Source of the DNA: the human T2T-CHM13v2.0 reference genome, Homo sapiens
DNA: 64,000 nt
Strand: one strand, 5' to 3'
Assembly: GCF_009914755.1 (NCBI RefSeq)
Contig: NC_060925.1
Below, piece after piece: positions 14,059-31,716 of the stretch. Position 1 is the first letter of the stretch. Each line of letters starts with the position of its first letter. Both the position numbers and the translations under genes were made by a program. The notes under the pieces were generated by a model that was not told the DNA's origin, did no database searches, and saw only the letters and a program-made list of their open reading frames with translations.

Positions 14059-15857
14059 ATATTTCTCTACCACACACCCTGGACCCCAGTTACTGAGCCT
14101 GAGTGCTGTGTACTTTTTCAGTATGAACTTCCCTTTGTGATTGTCATCCTAGTTGCAAAGATTAAAGCTTGTCTGAAGCAAGCCATCCAGTTGACACTGG
14201 AAGAGCTTTAATCTGTACCATTTGCACACTTGTGTTTGACACATTCTGCCCTATTGTAGAGGCATATGTGATCTAGTAGTCCCTCTTGGCTGCTATAGCA
14301 TCCTCTTGCTAGGCATTTTAGAAGCAACACATAGAAATATCACTTTTATACTCCAGGAAAAGCAGTCAGGCGCATTGCATCTGTGATCAGTTAAGGTCTC
14401 ATAACTACCTAGATTTCACATTGAAATGTAATTGTTTCTCCTTTTTGAAAGAAAAACCAAATTTAGATTTCCAGAACCATCTTTTGTAGCATCATTGCAG
14501 GATTTGCACTAGAAGTAGCATGTTTCTGAGCAAAATTTCAGCATTGTTTGAGTTGCTCTGCATATGACCATCACATATCACATCAGTGAGGAAAAGTAGC
14601 TGAGAAAGTAAATGAAATTCCTGACCAAAGGGTCTCTTCCATCAGCTCTCATAGCTGTGTAATAAGAACAAGCTCTTTTTTTGGCCATTGAGTTGAATGA
14701 GTAGTAGATCACAGGTTTTTGATCTACCAGTCTTAGGTACCTTCCTGATATAAATGGCACCAAGTATCTGAAGCCTGATTCTCTGCCTCATTTAACACAA
14801 ACCAGAATATTTTTAGAGATTTAGATTTTCTTTAGGCTAAGGGTAATTCTTTAATTATAAAGATACCCTGATCCCTCCCATGTATAGTCTTTGGGAACTT
14901 ACTGTTTGAATATGATTTTTAAATCAGTTATGGTATCTGTCATATTTACAGTTCAAAGGAGAGTTGCAGTCCTCTTTCTTTTTGGGGGCAGATTGCCCTT
15001 CTTGCCAGATTCTTTCTGCCACACACTGGCTCATCTCGTAGTGTTACTTGTGTTATCAGTGAAGGAGCAGAGGCCAGGGTTCAAAATCGTCTGTTGGGTT
15101 GGGAAGTGGAAAAACTGTGGAGTTTCAAATGAGAGGTAGAATCTTACTGGGATGGTCTTGTCAACAGTCAGTTACCTCTGATTGTAAAAGGTCGCTCCTC
15201 CTGAGTCTTAGTGTTTACTAGAATTTGCTTCAATATTTTATTTTTGTGTTACCAGTTTTAGGTTGACTGTATAATGAAATTCTGTATTTTGAATCACATT
15301 TCCCTGCTGATATCAGCCCAGCTTATAACAAGTAATGCTTGCCTTAAACATATTTTTTCTTTCTCTCACTTCTGCCATCAATTCAACAATAGGATTGCAG
15401 ATACAGTTTACTTTGGGGCTGAATTAAGCAGTAGCAGAGGGGTGTTTGTAAACTAACTGATGTTATCAATAGGCAGGGACACAGCATGGCTTAGGATCAT
15501 GGTCTTCCAGCTTGATGACCTGCTTTGCAATCTGTTTGCTTCATCCACATCAATGAGGAGCCAGACCTTCTGGTCCTTCATTTACTCATAGACTCTCTTA
15601 AGAGCTTTGTACATTCAATTCTGAACTTATTGGTGCCATAAAATATTATTACTGTGCAAAAGAATAAAAGTGCTAGTGTGTTCTTATTAGTAGCCATGAA
15701 TTTCATTTCTCTTTTCCCTCTTCCCACCTGAGATTCATCTTTGAGGGGAAGCCAGATACCTTGGGCTTCTTATTTTCCCATCCTGCCCTTATTCTTGGAA
15801 GGTCCTCAGGTTTGTTGACATGGTTTTTGTTCTCTGGGACTTTTCTAGTGTGTTGTT

Positions 15858-15892
15858 TGCATGTCAGCCAGCTCAACTTAATGCATGTCAGC
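15858..15892 (+). promoter_or_regulatory. Tandem RBFOX motifs (TGCATG x2) in KDM1A intron 8
   Basis: TGCATGTCAGC at 15858-15868 and 15882-15892. Confidence 0.65.
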
Positions 15893-16165
15893 TCAGTGCC
15901 ACTTGTGCTCCATGTGACTTCAGTTAGCACCAGTGTAAATCTTGTGGCTGTTAATAGAGGTGGAGTCCCAGCTCTGACGGCAGTAGTGGGAGAAGAAGAG
16001 GAAATTGTCAGGGCCCAAACATTTCATATCTCATTTAAATGGATCTGACCACTTCATAGAAAAGAAAATTTGAATCATTGTGCTCAAAGGTTTCCCCTTT
16101 GAGATACATATTTTGACCTTTATAAACTATAGAGCATTTGTGTTTTCATGGATGGTTATGTTTAG

Positions 16166-16348
<183 letters not shown>

Positions 16349-16726
16349 TAAGTACTTTGATACTGCTTATTGTATAGTGAGTTCCATGTGTAAAGATTTG
16401 CTATTTATGTTTTAAGTTTTTCTGCAAGTCTTGTTTGAGGTAGTTTTTACTTAATTTTGTATGAAACCATTGAATCCAAAGTTAAAAATTATTTAAAATA
16501 ATTATATGATCCCTTAAGGCCCCTTTCACTTCTAAAATTCAGTGCTTTTATGGTATTATACTATATTTAACATAGCCTAGGAAATAATTTCCAACTAGCC
16601 AACTTTCTTGTTCCTAAGTATCAGAAGTTTCAGTGGGCCTTGATGCCCTTAAATGTTTTTGATGGGCACCTGTCTTATTCTGCAAAGTTGGCTTTGAGAG
16701 CAGATTATACATATTGTCTCTCTTAG

Positions 16727-16817
16727 GTTACAAGAGAAGCATGTCAAAGATGAGCAGATTGAACATTGGAAGAAGATAGTGAAAACTCAGGAAGAATTGA
16801 AAGAACTTCTTAATAAG
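16727..16817 (+). CDS. KDM1A: KDM1A exon 10 (Tower domain, [10 protein letters not shown]...ELLNK)
   Basis: tcttag|G...AAG|gtgaaa; 91 nt. Confidence 0.97.
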
Positions 16818-17065
16818 GTGAAATTCTGTATTTTCTTCATAGCTGAAGAAGCTTTAATAGGAGAAAAAGTCTTTAGAAATTTTAAAAGCATTTCCGAGAT
16901 TTTTTCCTCCATGGAAGAGAAAGTCTGCACAGCTGGGACTCATTCTTAAGAAAATAATGACTAACGAAAGAGACTGTTTTATCTGTCAGTCTTTCAGTGT
17001 GGCATTATTGATAAATGGTTGCCAGAGGAAATAGATCTTTCCTCTTTGTCTGGTTCCCTTTGGCT

Positions 17066-17268
17066 CAGGGGTGTCCAGTCTTTTGGCCTCCCTCAGTCAC
17101 ATTGGAAGAAGAAGAATTGTCTTGGGCCACACATAAAATACACTAACACTAATGATAGCTAATGAGCTTAAAAAAAATGGAAAAGAAAATTCAGTGTTTT
17201 GAGAAAATTTATGAATTTGTGTTGGGCCGCATTCAAAACTGTCCTGGGCCACGAGTTGGACAAGCGTG
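17066..17268 (+). mobile_element. MER30 (hAT-Charlie) DNA transposon
   Basis: caggggtgtcca...ttggacaagcgtg ends; internal gaagaagaattgtcttgggccacacataaaatacactaac; degenerate 8-bp TSD. Confidence 0.85.
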
Positions 17269-17855
17269 GTTTAGCTATTCTAAAGCTATCCCAGTGCCCT
17301 CAGCTGAATTCTAGGACTAGCAGGAGAATTAGCTGTACTGGAGCCAAGTTTTCATTGGTGAAGACCAACAAATCAGCAGCCAGTTCATTGGCATAATTAT
17401 TTCTCTTGAGTTGCTGCCACCCCCACCTCTGTTCCCCAGGGCTGAATCGTTAGGGCTCTTCTCTGCCACCGCCTTCCAGAGCCCCAGGCTCCAGCGCATT
17501 AAAGTCCAACCATTTGCTTCTCCTCACCCTGCCAGCTGCAAAGGTCGCATCAGCTTAGGGAGAAAATAGCCCCTGGAGGGGGCCTTTATAGTGCATACTC
17601 TGGGTGTGCCTGTGACTGGACTCTTGCCTCACTCTCACTGTGCCTCATTCTTCATCCTGTCTAATGAAGAGATCTCCAGCTCACAGTCTTCATGGATTGT
17701 GGTAAGGATGAAATGAGAAGAGTGATTTAAGAACTGCCAAGTGGCCAGGATACCTGTAGGGTGGCCCAGTCTCAGGCTTTGTCACTCTTGTCCTGTGTGG
17801 TATCATCAGAAACCTGAAAAAAGCTAACATTAACAATGGTTCCTTAAGATTCTTT

Positions 17856-18497
<642 letters not shown>

Positions 18498-18890
18498 TTA
18501 TGACAATTTGTTTCCGAAAATAAGTTTAAGTTACATTAGCAACAGTTTCCTTTTTGTGGAGATTAAATTTATTTCAATACTGGGTTTTTTCTTTGTTTGT
18601 TTAAATTAATGGGACACTCCTCATCCTTCTCATTCGTTTTAGAAGGCAGCACTGATCTTACTTATCAGATAGAGTTGTGGTACCTTTATGTCAAGCCCTA
18701 TAAGATTTCTTTCCTATTTCCCAAATGGAATGATGTAGGTTAGAACAAGTACTTAAGAATTCTCAGGACCTTGCATTGTAGCCCTGTTTTGTTGGGATAG
18801 CAGTTTTGAGGAGCCAAAAAAGGGTACATGTGATGTAGACATAAACTACATTGCTATCTGGAATGGTAAATTTGTATTTTTCCTTCTTAG

Positions 18891-19067
<177 letters not shown>

Positions 19068-19269
19068 TAAGAAATAGCACAGATCTGGGGAATTTTGGAA
19101 AAGAGAGCCACTAGCCAATCACAAGTGCCTTCAGTGCAATGAAGACGATTTGGTACATAAGGAGCCATGGGGATTTAATGGGTTAGTTCGGTTTAAGACC
19201 TGCTTGTCCTGCAGAATTCTTATCCTGTCTTAATAATCTCATCATTTTATCTTAAATCTCAATTTAGCC

Positions 19270-19510
19270 CTAACAGTTTAGAGTAAGAGTATTAAACATG
19301 GACTTCAGAGTCATTTGGGGTCAAACTGTCTGATTCAAATCCCTAACTTGGAATCTCGAGCCATGTGACCTTGGACTCCTTAATTGCCTCATCTGTAACA
19401 TGGTCTTAACACCTACCTTGTAGGGTAATTGTGAAGCTTAAATAAAATTATGTATAAAGTGCTTACCCAGTGCCAGGGACATGGCATGCTTATGAAATGG
19501 TGCTTGCTAT
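19270..19510. mobile_element. MIR
   Basis: MIR core (gtgaccttgg...cctcatctgtaa...gtaaagtgctta). Confidence 0.65.
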
Positions 19511-19666
19511 GATTTTTCATCCCCACTTTGCAGCACACTAGTATGTTTCTTCCATTATTTTCTCCTGTGTGCTCCTTGCCTCCCCCTAATATTCCAGGCC
19601 CCCAACTGTAACTTGTCTCCAAAAACAAAAATCTCTCAGCTCTATCTAACCCCAGCCTAAAATTGA

Positions 19667-19864
<198 letters not shown>

Positions 19865-20321
19865 TAAGGAAAACAAACACAAAAGTTCAGAGAGAGAGCT
19901 TTTACTGTTCTTTCAGCTTGATTTGGAAGGAAAATTCTAAATCATAATGAGCTTTTATTTATGTTCAGTGAGTGGTTTAAATTGTTAAATAAATGAATGT
20001 GTGACTACTTTTGAGGTTTCTAAATCCCCTGCTCCTGTATTTTAATGTGTCCTAGATACCTAAACAGATTGTTTCTAAAGAGAGAGCCTTTCTCCGTAAG
20101 ATCTGATATTTGGATAAAGATGTAATAGATGGAAATTATCTTTCTTGAGAGGGTAGAAGTTGCTGTTGCTTTACACTTCCATAATTTTGGAAACTAGCGG
20201 GGTATTATACTTTATTTCCACTGGGTTTTTGACAGTGAATGCTGGTGAAATGTTTTCACTTGCATCCAGCCTCCACATAAATCTGTTCTGTTCTGTATTC
20301 AAGAATGCTACCCACCCTTTC

Positions 20322-20606
<285 letters not shown>

Positions 20607-20931
20607 GCCCATCCTTTCTATAGAGTCTATGCTGTGTGTAAAATATAAGACATTTTTTACAACTAGTAAGCTTTTATGATATAAGGTGATTTCATATGAA
20701 GCATTCTTTTTTTTTTTTCCTTCAGACAAATGAGGCCTACATGTAATTTGCTTTACGTAGTGAGCTTGGCACTGCTCTAGACATCAGAGATAAAGAGGTT
20801 AATAAGACAGATAAGATGCTACTTTTTGATTTGTAATTTCTTCATATAAGGCACAGCCCTGGCTTAGGTTCTGACACAGTTACTGAGATCACCTACATCA
20901 CACTGAGAGAACTAGTGATATCTTTTAATAA

Positions 20932-21108
<177 letters not shown>

Positions 21109-21154
21109 TGAGAGGGATTGTAAGAGAAATAGTTAATTTTGTATGTGTGTTTTT

Positions 21155-22885
21155 AAACAGCTTTAGTAAGAGACATCATTTACATACAGTGAAATTCACC
21201 TATTTTAAGTGAACAGTTTATTGATTTGCCAGACTTCAGTCATAAGCCCCCACACAATCAGAATATAGAACATGCCCATCATCCTGAAATGTTTTCTCCT
21301 GCCTCTTTGTAGTTAATCCCCCATGCTCTGGCTCCTGGCCCTGGACAACCACTGATTTGCGTTATCACTGTAATTTTGTTTATTCTACAGTTTCATATAA
21401 AGTGAATCATACAGTACATAGCTTTTTGTGTGTGATATATTTCACTTAGTATAGTTTTTGAGATGTGCATGAAGTTTTTGAGATTCATCTTTTTTGCCTG
21501 TATCAGTAGTTTGTTCCTTTTAATTATTTAATAGAATTCCATTGTGTGGATATACCACTGGTGCCTTAATGGGCATTTGGGTTGTTTCCCTTTTTTGACT
21601 GCTAATGAACGAAGCTGCTTAAGAATGTTCATGTCTTTCTCTTGAGTAAATATTTATGAATGGAATTGCTGGGTACTATGGAAAGTGGATTTTTAACTTT
21701 ATAAATCAACTTCCAAACTATTTTCCAAATTGCCTTCCCATCAGCAATGTATGAAAATTCCATTTTCTCCAAATCCTCACCAATCTTGGTAATGCCAGTT
21801 TTTAAAATGTCAGCCATTCTAATAGGTATAGTAGTATTTGCATTTCCCTGATGACTAGTGATGTAGAGCAACTCTTCCTGAGCTTATGAGCCATTCATAT
21901 GTCATCTTTGAGTAAATGTCTGCTCAGATCTTTTGCCTATTAAAAAAGTCTGATTGTCTGCTTGTTGATGAGTTTGAAGTTTATTATGTTCTTTAAATTC
22001 TAGGCAGAAGTCCTTTGTCAGATTTATGTTTTACAAATATTTATTTCCTTGTCATCTGTGGCTTGTCTTTAATTTTCTAAATCTGTCTCAAAGAGTAAAA
22101 GTTTTTACTTTAATTTTTTTCTTTTGAGACAAGGTCTTGCTCTGCTGCCCAGGCTGGAGTGGTGTGATCATGGCTCCCTTGCAGCCTTTACCTCCTGGGC
22201 TCAAGTGATCTTCCTGCCTTGGACTCCCATTCCTATTTATAAAATTTTTCTTTTAAACCATGTTCTTTTTCTATCTTGAAAAGAATCTTTGTCTTACCTG
22301 TGGTCACAAAGATGTTATCCTGTGTTCTCCTGCAGAAATTGTATGGGTTTAGCTCTTATGTTTAGGTCTATACTCCATTTTGTGTTAATTTTTATGTTTA
22401 AGGAAAGGTAAGTGAAGGGTTCATGTTTTTCCATATAGTTATGTAATTATTATTCCAGCACTATCCTTTTCTTCATTTGTCTTGGCACCTTTGTTGAAAA
22501 TTAATTGGCATGTAAGCATGAGTATTTAGGGTTGTCTTTTCTGTTAATTTATCTGTCTATCCATATGCCACTATCATACTGTCTTGTAAGTTCTCCAACT
22601 TTGTTCATTTTTGAAATTGTTTTGGCTATTTTAAGGTACGTATTTCCATAACAGTTTTAGAATCAACTTGTCAATTTCTACAAAAATCACCTTCTGGGAT
22701 TTTGATTAGGAGTGCATTAAATTTCTAGGTCAATTTAGGGTGAATTGCCATCTTAACAATATTGAATATTCTTATCCTTAAATACAGTATACTTCTCCAA
22801 AAATAGTTTTCTTTCGTTTATGTCAGTGATGTTTTATAGTTCTCAGTGAGCAGGGCTATACCATCTTTTCTTAAATTTCAGTGTG
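21155..22885 (-). mobile_element. Old L1 (L1M-type) 3' portion with an inserted Alu fragment (~22110-22228)
   Basis: The - strand ORF 21629-21871 resembles a decayed L1 ORF2 C-terminus; L1 3'UTR-like motifs. Confidence 0.8.
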
Positions 22886-22967
22886 ATTTACTCTTCAAGT
22901 GAGAAATCACAAGGCTTCTTGGACCAATCTCTAAATCTGAGACTTTGGCCAGAATTAAGACTGTATA

Positions 22968-23622
<655 letters not shown>

Positions 23623-24355
23623 TTATTTTGACTTCTTAATCTTTAGATTATAATCTGATAGTTTTAGTATTTGAAGAGTTGGACTTGTTAGAGATAAAGT
23701 CTTGCAGAACTACCAGTTCCTTTGTGGTTTTTCATGTAAATACTAACTTAGGCCCTTCTAGTCATTGATTTATCATTTGATGTTTCAATATGTGTCTATT
23801 TGTAATAGTATTAAATTTTAAATGAGTGATTTCAGCTGAAGTAGAGTGTTGCTGCCAGCCCAGTATTTTGATCTAATTTCCCCAAGAATTTCATGAAATT
23901 AGAAATCCTTACCAGCTTACAAAAAAAATGTTACATAGAAAAATTTTCAGTAAATTCAAAGAAGTAAGATCATTTTGGGGATCTTTAAATTCCTGGTCAA
24001 TTCCTGACTTTTTTTTTACTGTATGGACTGTCTTGGGCCACTCTTTATGGTCCTAGATTACCTTCATCTAGTTTGACTGACTTAGTTTTGGAAATCTTCC
24101 TCAACTTCAAACCTGTAAATTTAAAGAATAAAAACTGATTTTGCTCTCAGGTAAAAGAAAATGTAATCAGGACTGTGACCCTGATATCCTTCAAGTCTGT
24201 AATGTATTCAAAAGCCAGATAAATAAACTTGAATGATGTTTAATCATCTGAATTTCCTGAATCATCATTCCCCCCTACCACCTCCCTACCCTAACCACCA
24301 TAGAAGATCCGGACTTAGTGGTATTGGACTGGAATGATAAAAACTATCCAGGGAA

Positions 24356-24668
<313 letters not shown>

Positions 24669-24894
24669 CTAATCTCACTACCCGAAGATTTAGGGACATT
24701 TTTTGGTGTTTTCTCTTTTTCCTTCAGTTTCCTTTGGTAACTGTAGCTAAATACTGAGTGATTTGTTCTTTAGTTTGCCTTAAAATATTGACTGTTTCCA
24801 CAAGCTTGTGTTTTCATTGTTGTTGTACAGAACTAGGTGCAAATGACACAGATTAATAAAAGGTTGGAAATATGTTCTTTTCTCTCCTCTTTAG

Positions 24895-25050
<156 letters not shown>

Positions 25051-25270
25051 TAAGAGAGAACTCTCCTGAAACAGGACTGATCTTTTGTTAGGTGCGACCT
25101 ATCAGGTACATTTCCTGATAGAGTGTTTATGACACCATAGGTAAAAATTGGCATTTATAGACAGTTGAGCCTATAGAGTCTTTGGTGGTTCTAACCCTAT
25201 CATTTTATAAACTGGGAAATCGAAGCAAGTTTTAGAGTTTCCAATTTGTGCATGAGCTAGTTGGATATTA

Positions 25271-25370
25271 CTGGTCGAGCATCCCTAATCTGAAAATCTG
25301 AAATCTCTAATGCCCCAGTGAGCATTTCCTTTGAGCACCATGTCAGTGCTCAAAAAGTTTTCCATTTTGG
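25271..25370 (+). mobile_element. Tigger4/MER46-type fragment
   Basis: gagcatccctaatctgaaaatctgaaat terminal motif. Confidence 0.6.
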
Positions 25371-26562
25371 TGACCCAGTGAGTTTGGATCTAGTTTTGTT
25401 AAGTATATTCATAAATACCAGGATTTTGGCCCCTGGGCTCCACTAGGACCCACCCCTTATATTTCACCATCCGCATTTTGGTCTTTGGATTCATTTTGGC
25501 TTTTTCTATGCATTTGGGCTAATTCGCTTACGTTTGGTTCCTAGTTCTGGAGCAGTCCTGCTAATAAGTTGACTTCTTCAGAGATAGAGTTTCCCTGTGC
25601 TTGCTATGGGGATAGGCTCAATGCTCATTATTATTGCTGGTTTCAGGCTACATTTGATGTAAAGTGCAGACAACTGTTGGATTTTGAACTCCTCAAGATA
25701 ACTAGTCATCTCCCTCTCTGAGAACCCATGTATGACTATGTAGGCATGAGAAATGGAGACATAGCCATCAATCTTACCCTGCGCTGCCCCTTTCCTTGGA
25801 GTTACTGAGATCACCACAGATGTTTTGGTTTTTTACTAACAATCGGTGAAACAGTTTTCCATTTAATTTTCCCATCAGAGGCAGCTTGTAGTTGACAGTG
25901 CTGAGAAGATCTGCAGCCTTGAGCCTTTTGCAGGCAGACGGAGAACAGTGAGAATAGATGTTGTGCCATTTTCTCGAGTTCTGCAGCCATAGAAAATGAG
26001 CATGTACTGAGCTTTCATATTTATTTTGAGATATATAATTTCAAAATATATATAGTATATAAACAGACATTCATTAAAAAACAAACGAGGAAAACGATGT
26101 TAACATAATTTCAGTACCCTCTCTGAGGTCAGCTTTGAACTCATTCATACTCTGACAAGCTGAGAATCACTGTGCATTCTCAAGCATAGCACGCTCCACA
26201 GTTTTAGGCTGCATCCCCCAGATCTGCATCACAGCCTTCTTGTAGCATTCTTCTGTTGGTCGATAGTGAGCAGCTAACCACAGTCAGAAGACATTGGTTC
26301 TATTGGGATGAGCACTTTATTCTTTATTTTTGGTCTAAATGTACTTAACTTGAGTAAGTGGTATAAGGTCCTTTCATTAGTCTAGATCACCAGTGTATCA
26401 GGAGGGTAGTGTGGGGATGACAGTTGAGGATTCTGAAGTTGACTACAAGGGTTTGAATCCTGGCACTTATTACGTGTGTAGCCTTAGATGAGTTATTTCA
26501 CCTCTACCTCAGTTTTCTTATGTGAAACATGAAGGTAATGAAAATAGAAAAATGAGAATTGA

Positions 26563-26877
<315 letters not shown>

Positions 26878-27219
26878 TGATGTACAAATAGCAGTCTTCG
26901 TTGTTTACTTGGTGAGGAGGTGGCCTTGCATTTTTGGGCATTTGGCTATGCTCCCAATTGTGACATCCGGGCTGAGGCGTGTCAGTTGATTCTCTTCAGT
27001 GCCTAAGTCTATCATCAAGTGTCTGTTCATATGGACTTAGTCTTATGGGGTCATTTCACAAACTCAGGCCTATAAAAAGGGGATCGTAAATGTCATCCTA
27101 AATAATAAGGATTGCTGGGCTTATTTTGAAAGCAGATTAGAAGAGACTTTAAGGAAGTCTGTTGAAGCCAGTATTATCTGGCCCCTGTCACTGGCTCATG
27201 TGCTTCTTTCTTATGGTAG

Positions 27220-27334
27220 GTGGTGTTGTGTTTTGATCGGGTGTTCTGGGATCCAAGTGTCAATTTGTTCGGGCATGTTGGCAGTACGACTGCCAGCAGG
27301 GGTGAGCTCTTCCTCTTCTGGAACCTCTATAAAG
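27220..27334 (+). CDS. KDM1A: KDM1A exon 16 ([10 protein letters not shown]...WNLYK)
   Basis: ggtag|GTG...AAAG|gtaaat; 115 nt. Confidence 0.97.
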
Positions 27335-27699
27335 GTAAATGCCTTCTAATTTTAATCTTTTCCATATCCTTACAGGAATATAGAATTTGAAATATTTTGG
27401 GTTTTCTCAATATATATGCCTTAATTTCTCTCTTTATTAACTCAACAAACAATTCCTGAAATACCTTCTAGGTACTGGGGTATAAAAATACCTGCCTTCA
27501 AGGAGCTCCCAACTTAGTGGGGATACAGTAAGCGGGGAAGCAGGCTTAGAACAGGGCAGTAGGTGGCCTGATGGGCTGAACGCCCAGGTTACTGGAGGTC
27601 CACTCAGCCTGGAGGGATAGGCCCAGGGAGGCTTCCTACCAGGGGAAGCTTGCGTTCTCATTCTCAGACTGACTTGCCCCTGATTCTTTGATTACTTCT

Positions 27700-28690
27700 C
27701 TTACTATGTGTTTATGAAATTCCTACCTCCTGTTCAGTTATTTTCTTTTGTAATTGGACTTAACTGTATGTAGACTTGTAATATTTGTACCCCACCTCAT
27801 TCCAAGAAAAGGCTGTAAAAATAAGACATTGGCCTTGTCAGTGCAGACACATCAGCTAACCGTTGGCTTGCTCCCCATCCCCAGTTCTTTCCATTACTCC
27901 TCACTGCCCAGTGGTGAATGGTCTTTCACACCCCAGAGCCTCTAACTTCACAGAGGGGGAACTTGGCTCCCTGAGCACATTGCTTTCTGAGAGCAGCAGC
28001 GTGTCTTTTCCCTTCCCCATCCAGGCTGTCAAGTCCTGTCAGTGCTAGCCTTACAATCTCTTGCAAACCTATTTACTTTTTTCTATTGCCTACCTCCCAG
28101 TCCAAGCCATTCTTACCTGTTGCCTGGACGGTTACCAATAGCTACTACTGCTATTCCTGCTTCTTTTAGTGACTTTCTACTGCTGAAAGAAAATGTTCAA
28201 ACTCCTTATCTTGGCCCATGCTAAGGTTCTTCATTATCTAGCTCATCTCTACTTCCTTGTCCATCCCCAGGTTCCAGGCACATTCGGCTGTTCTCACATC
28301 CTGGAAGGCACCATGCTGCTTTCTGCCTCAGAGCCTCTGCGTGTACTGTGGTCTAGGCCTGGGGGTGCTGCTTCTCCCACCCCCTCGACCCCCTTCCTTC
28401 CCAACCTGTCTTACTCAGCATTCAGGTCTTGACATAAATTTCAAAGTATTTCAAAGACGACTTCCAGGACACATCTCCACTGCCCCAAATGTAAATTAAA
28501 TACCCCATATTCTTTTCCGTGTAGCCTACGTTTTTCTTCATAGCTTTTAAGTTAATAATTGTCTGTGTAATTTTGCATCTGTTGCTCTATTGGAGTAATA
28601 GTTTATATCATATTTTTTATCCCCCTTTTCTAGTACTGTGCCTACCACCTAAGTCTGTTGCATAATTACTCACCGGATGGGTGACTGAAG
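27700..28690 (+). mobile_element. LINE-2 3' fragments
   Basis: Degenerate L2 3' motifs ending near ctagtactgtgcct...ggatgggtgactgaa. Confidence 0.55.
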
Positions 28691-29078
28691 ACAGTCCTGG
28701 GCTTGGAGGGGCCTGGGATGGCTAAAAGGGATGTAGTCATTGTCATGGAGCTATCCAAGGTAGTCAAGGTTAAGAATTCTGTGCCAAAGTAAAGCGATGC
28801 TTAATAATTCCCTTTTATTAGCAAGATCTGAAATTATATCTTCAGAACTGCTGTATTTTGCCAGGTTAGAAGCAGTGAGGTGCCTCAGAATCTTACTTCA
28901 CTCTAGTCTGCCAGCTCCTACTGGCTGGTGTCTGGCGACAAAGAGTTCTGTATGCTGTTTCAGAAACATAATCTGTCTCTTCGCATTTGAATGGTACTGC
29001 GTGTGTCTTGTCATCAGATTTCAGAGCACCAGGAATAAGGTGGGGCCTGATAAGGAAGTTTTTGAGGAAAGTCTGTAG

Positions 29079-29249
<171 letters not shown>

Positions 29250-29886
29250 TAGGTGGGGCAAGGAGGGATCTAGGGTTCAGACTCAACCAGGGTTTAATGT
29301 ATTTGCAGCATGTTCTTGGTCAGGACAGTTTAAGCTAGAATTGAGGTCTGTGCTTTTACATGAATAATTAATGTTTGGAGTTCATGGCCTAAGCGTGGGG
29401 TTCAGAAAACCCCCCAGGACAAGAGCTGGGGAGTCTGAAGGCTGCTAGCTGCATTTCTCCTCCGGCTTTAGAGTCACACCAGATCCCTGACATTTTAGAC
29501 AAAATGGCCAAACTCCAGTGAGTATCTCCGGGAAGTTTTCAGAGAACCTCTTGGTACTTTTTCGTGTTCTTTGAAATACTTTAACCCTTTAGGATTCCTT
29601 TGAAGGGAAGGATATTGTGAATTTATAAAAGAGAATAAAGGCCAAGCCCTGTGTAGATCTCTGGATTCATAGACAGGAAGGCAACATGGAGGGGCATCCT
29701 TCCTGTCTGAAGTCCTTTTGTCCATGTGTGTTTTAAAGCAGGCATTCATCACTTGATCACTGGCTCTCACATGTTGCCCCTCTTTCTCTTCACTTGCATC
29801 TCCACCCACCACTGCTTTTCCACCTTTCAAGGATTGATTTGTGCTTGGTGTCTCGTAATGACTTTTGCTCCTGGTTTTTCTTTTAG

Positions 29887-30120
<234 letters not shown>

Positions 30121-30845
30121 TAGTCATTCCATCTTCGGACCCTTTCAGATAACCAAGAGCAGAGTTAAAAGGATGGGCAGCATTTCTGATTTCTCATAAT
30201 TTGGTTTTGTAAATCTAGGCAGTCTACATTCAGAATGGAGGAGTCCAGAGTATAAGTCAAATAACATTTTTCCTTATTCAGGTTTTCTCCCTAAAAAACA
30301 AAACCATTTTTAATTGCACTTCCATTTTGTAATGGCTCATAGGATTGCTGTAAGGTCTCAATTACTAGGGGCTTCCAGGGCATTTCTGAGAAATAACCCT
30401 GGGTCCTTGTCTAGACCCTTATGCCAGACCCCACTCCAAAGAGCGGTAAGAATTCCTTAGTGTCATAGCCCAGACCTGCTGAGCTGCGAGGCTTAAGTGT
30501 CCCTGATCACCAAATGTCCTGTGCTTCAGGGTAGCGAGGCTCCCTCCCAGAAGGTAGTTATACATGAGGGAAGGACGCTTTACAACTGGGTATCTAAACT
30601 GATGAGAACACATGTTAAGCATCACTTTAGGACTGAGCCTAGGTAGAGTTTTATTGTCTCATTTCTACTTGTCAATTCTGGGAAAGTGCCTACTGATAAG
30701 GGAGACTCTTCGATAGAATGATGAATAGTAATTGGGGGGGTCAGCCTTTAAAAAGGTCAACAGCAATTTAAGTACTTAGCAATTTAAGTACAAGAATAAA
30801 GGTATATGTGCAGCCTGCCAATTTTCTCTTTTTCCCCTAAAATAG

Positions 30846-31031
<186 letters not shown>

Positions 31032-31357
31032 GACAGATGCATTCTAAGGGAAGAGGCCCATGTGCCTGTTTCTGCCATGTAAGGAAGGCTCTTCTAGCAA
31101 TACTAGATCCCACTGAGAAAATCCACCCTGGCATCTGGGCTCCTGATCAGCTGATGGAGCTCCTGATTTGACAAAGGAGCTTGCCTCCTTTGAATGACCT
31201 AGAGCACAGGGAGGAACTTGTCCATTAGTTTGGAATTGTGTTCTTCGTAAAGACTGAGGCAAGCAAGTGCTGTGAAATAACATCATCTTAGTCCCTTGGT
31301 GTGTGGGGTTTGTTTTTTTTTTTTTATATTTTGAGAATAAAACTTCATATAAAATTG
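31032..31357 (+). other. KDM1A: KDM1A 3'UTR with miRNA seed matches: AGCAATA 31096-31102 (miR-137), AGCTCCT 31158-31164 (miR-708/28-5p), GGTGTGT 31298-31304 (miR-329)
   Basis: Lies between the stop codon and AATAAA; seed matches read directly; 3' end approximate. Confidence 0.8.
31336..31341 (+). terminator. KDM1A polyadenylation signal
   Basis: AATAAA with an upstream T tract and a downstream T/GT-rich element (ctcttttgttcctttg). Confidence 0.88.
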
Positions 31358-31716
31358 GCCCTCTCTTTTGTTCCTTTGAGTTGGAGTTACATACAAGATG
31401 GGGGCATTACTCCTTTGGAAATGCCAAGTTTATCCTATGGCAATAGTAATACATGTTTTCTCCATGTTTAAATAAGGAAGAAGATGTTCATATAAAAGAG
31501 AAAAATGGTTTGATCAGGTCAGAAGATAAGGTAGGGGGGCCGGTCCTGTAGAAGCAGTGGACTTCCTGGTCAGTCGGACTAGGCTTCCTCACTTGGGTGG
31601 GGGTGGAGTGTGGTGGTGTGCCAAGAACATGGTTATTAGGAAACTTTGGATGCACTTTCAAGATAGAACACAAAAGAGCTGAAACAAAGTCTGAGCCTTT
31701 GGGAGACCAGTCTGCC

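Noticed and set aside
13843-15940. Possible RNA bridge (ATTCACACTGGT with ACCAGTGTAAAT) bringing the RBFOX sites near E8a
   Set aside because: Only 11 of 12 bp; expected by chance over kilobases without covariation data.
21629-21871. 80-aa ORF resembling a reverse-transcriptase protein C-terminus
   Set aside because: Decayed L1 ORF2, not a gene.
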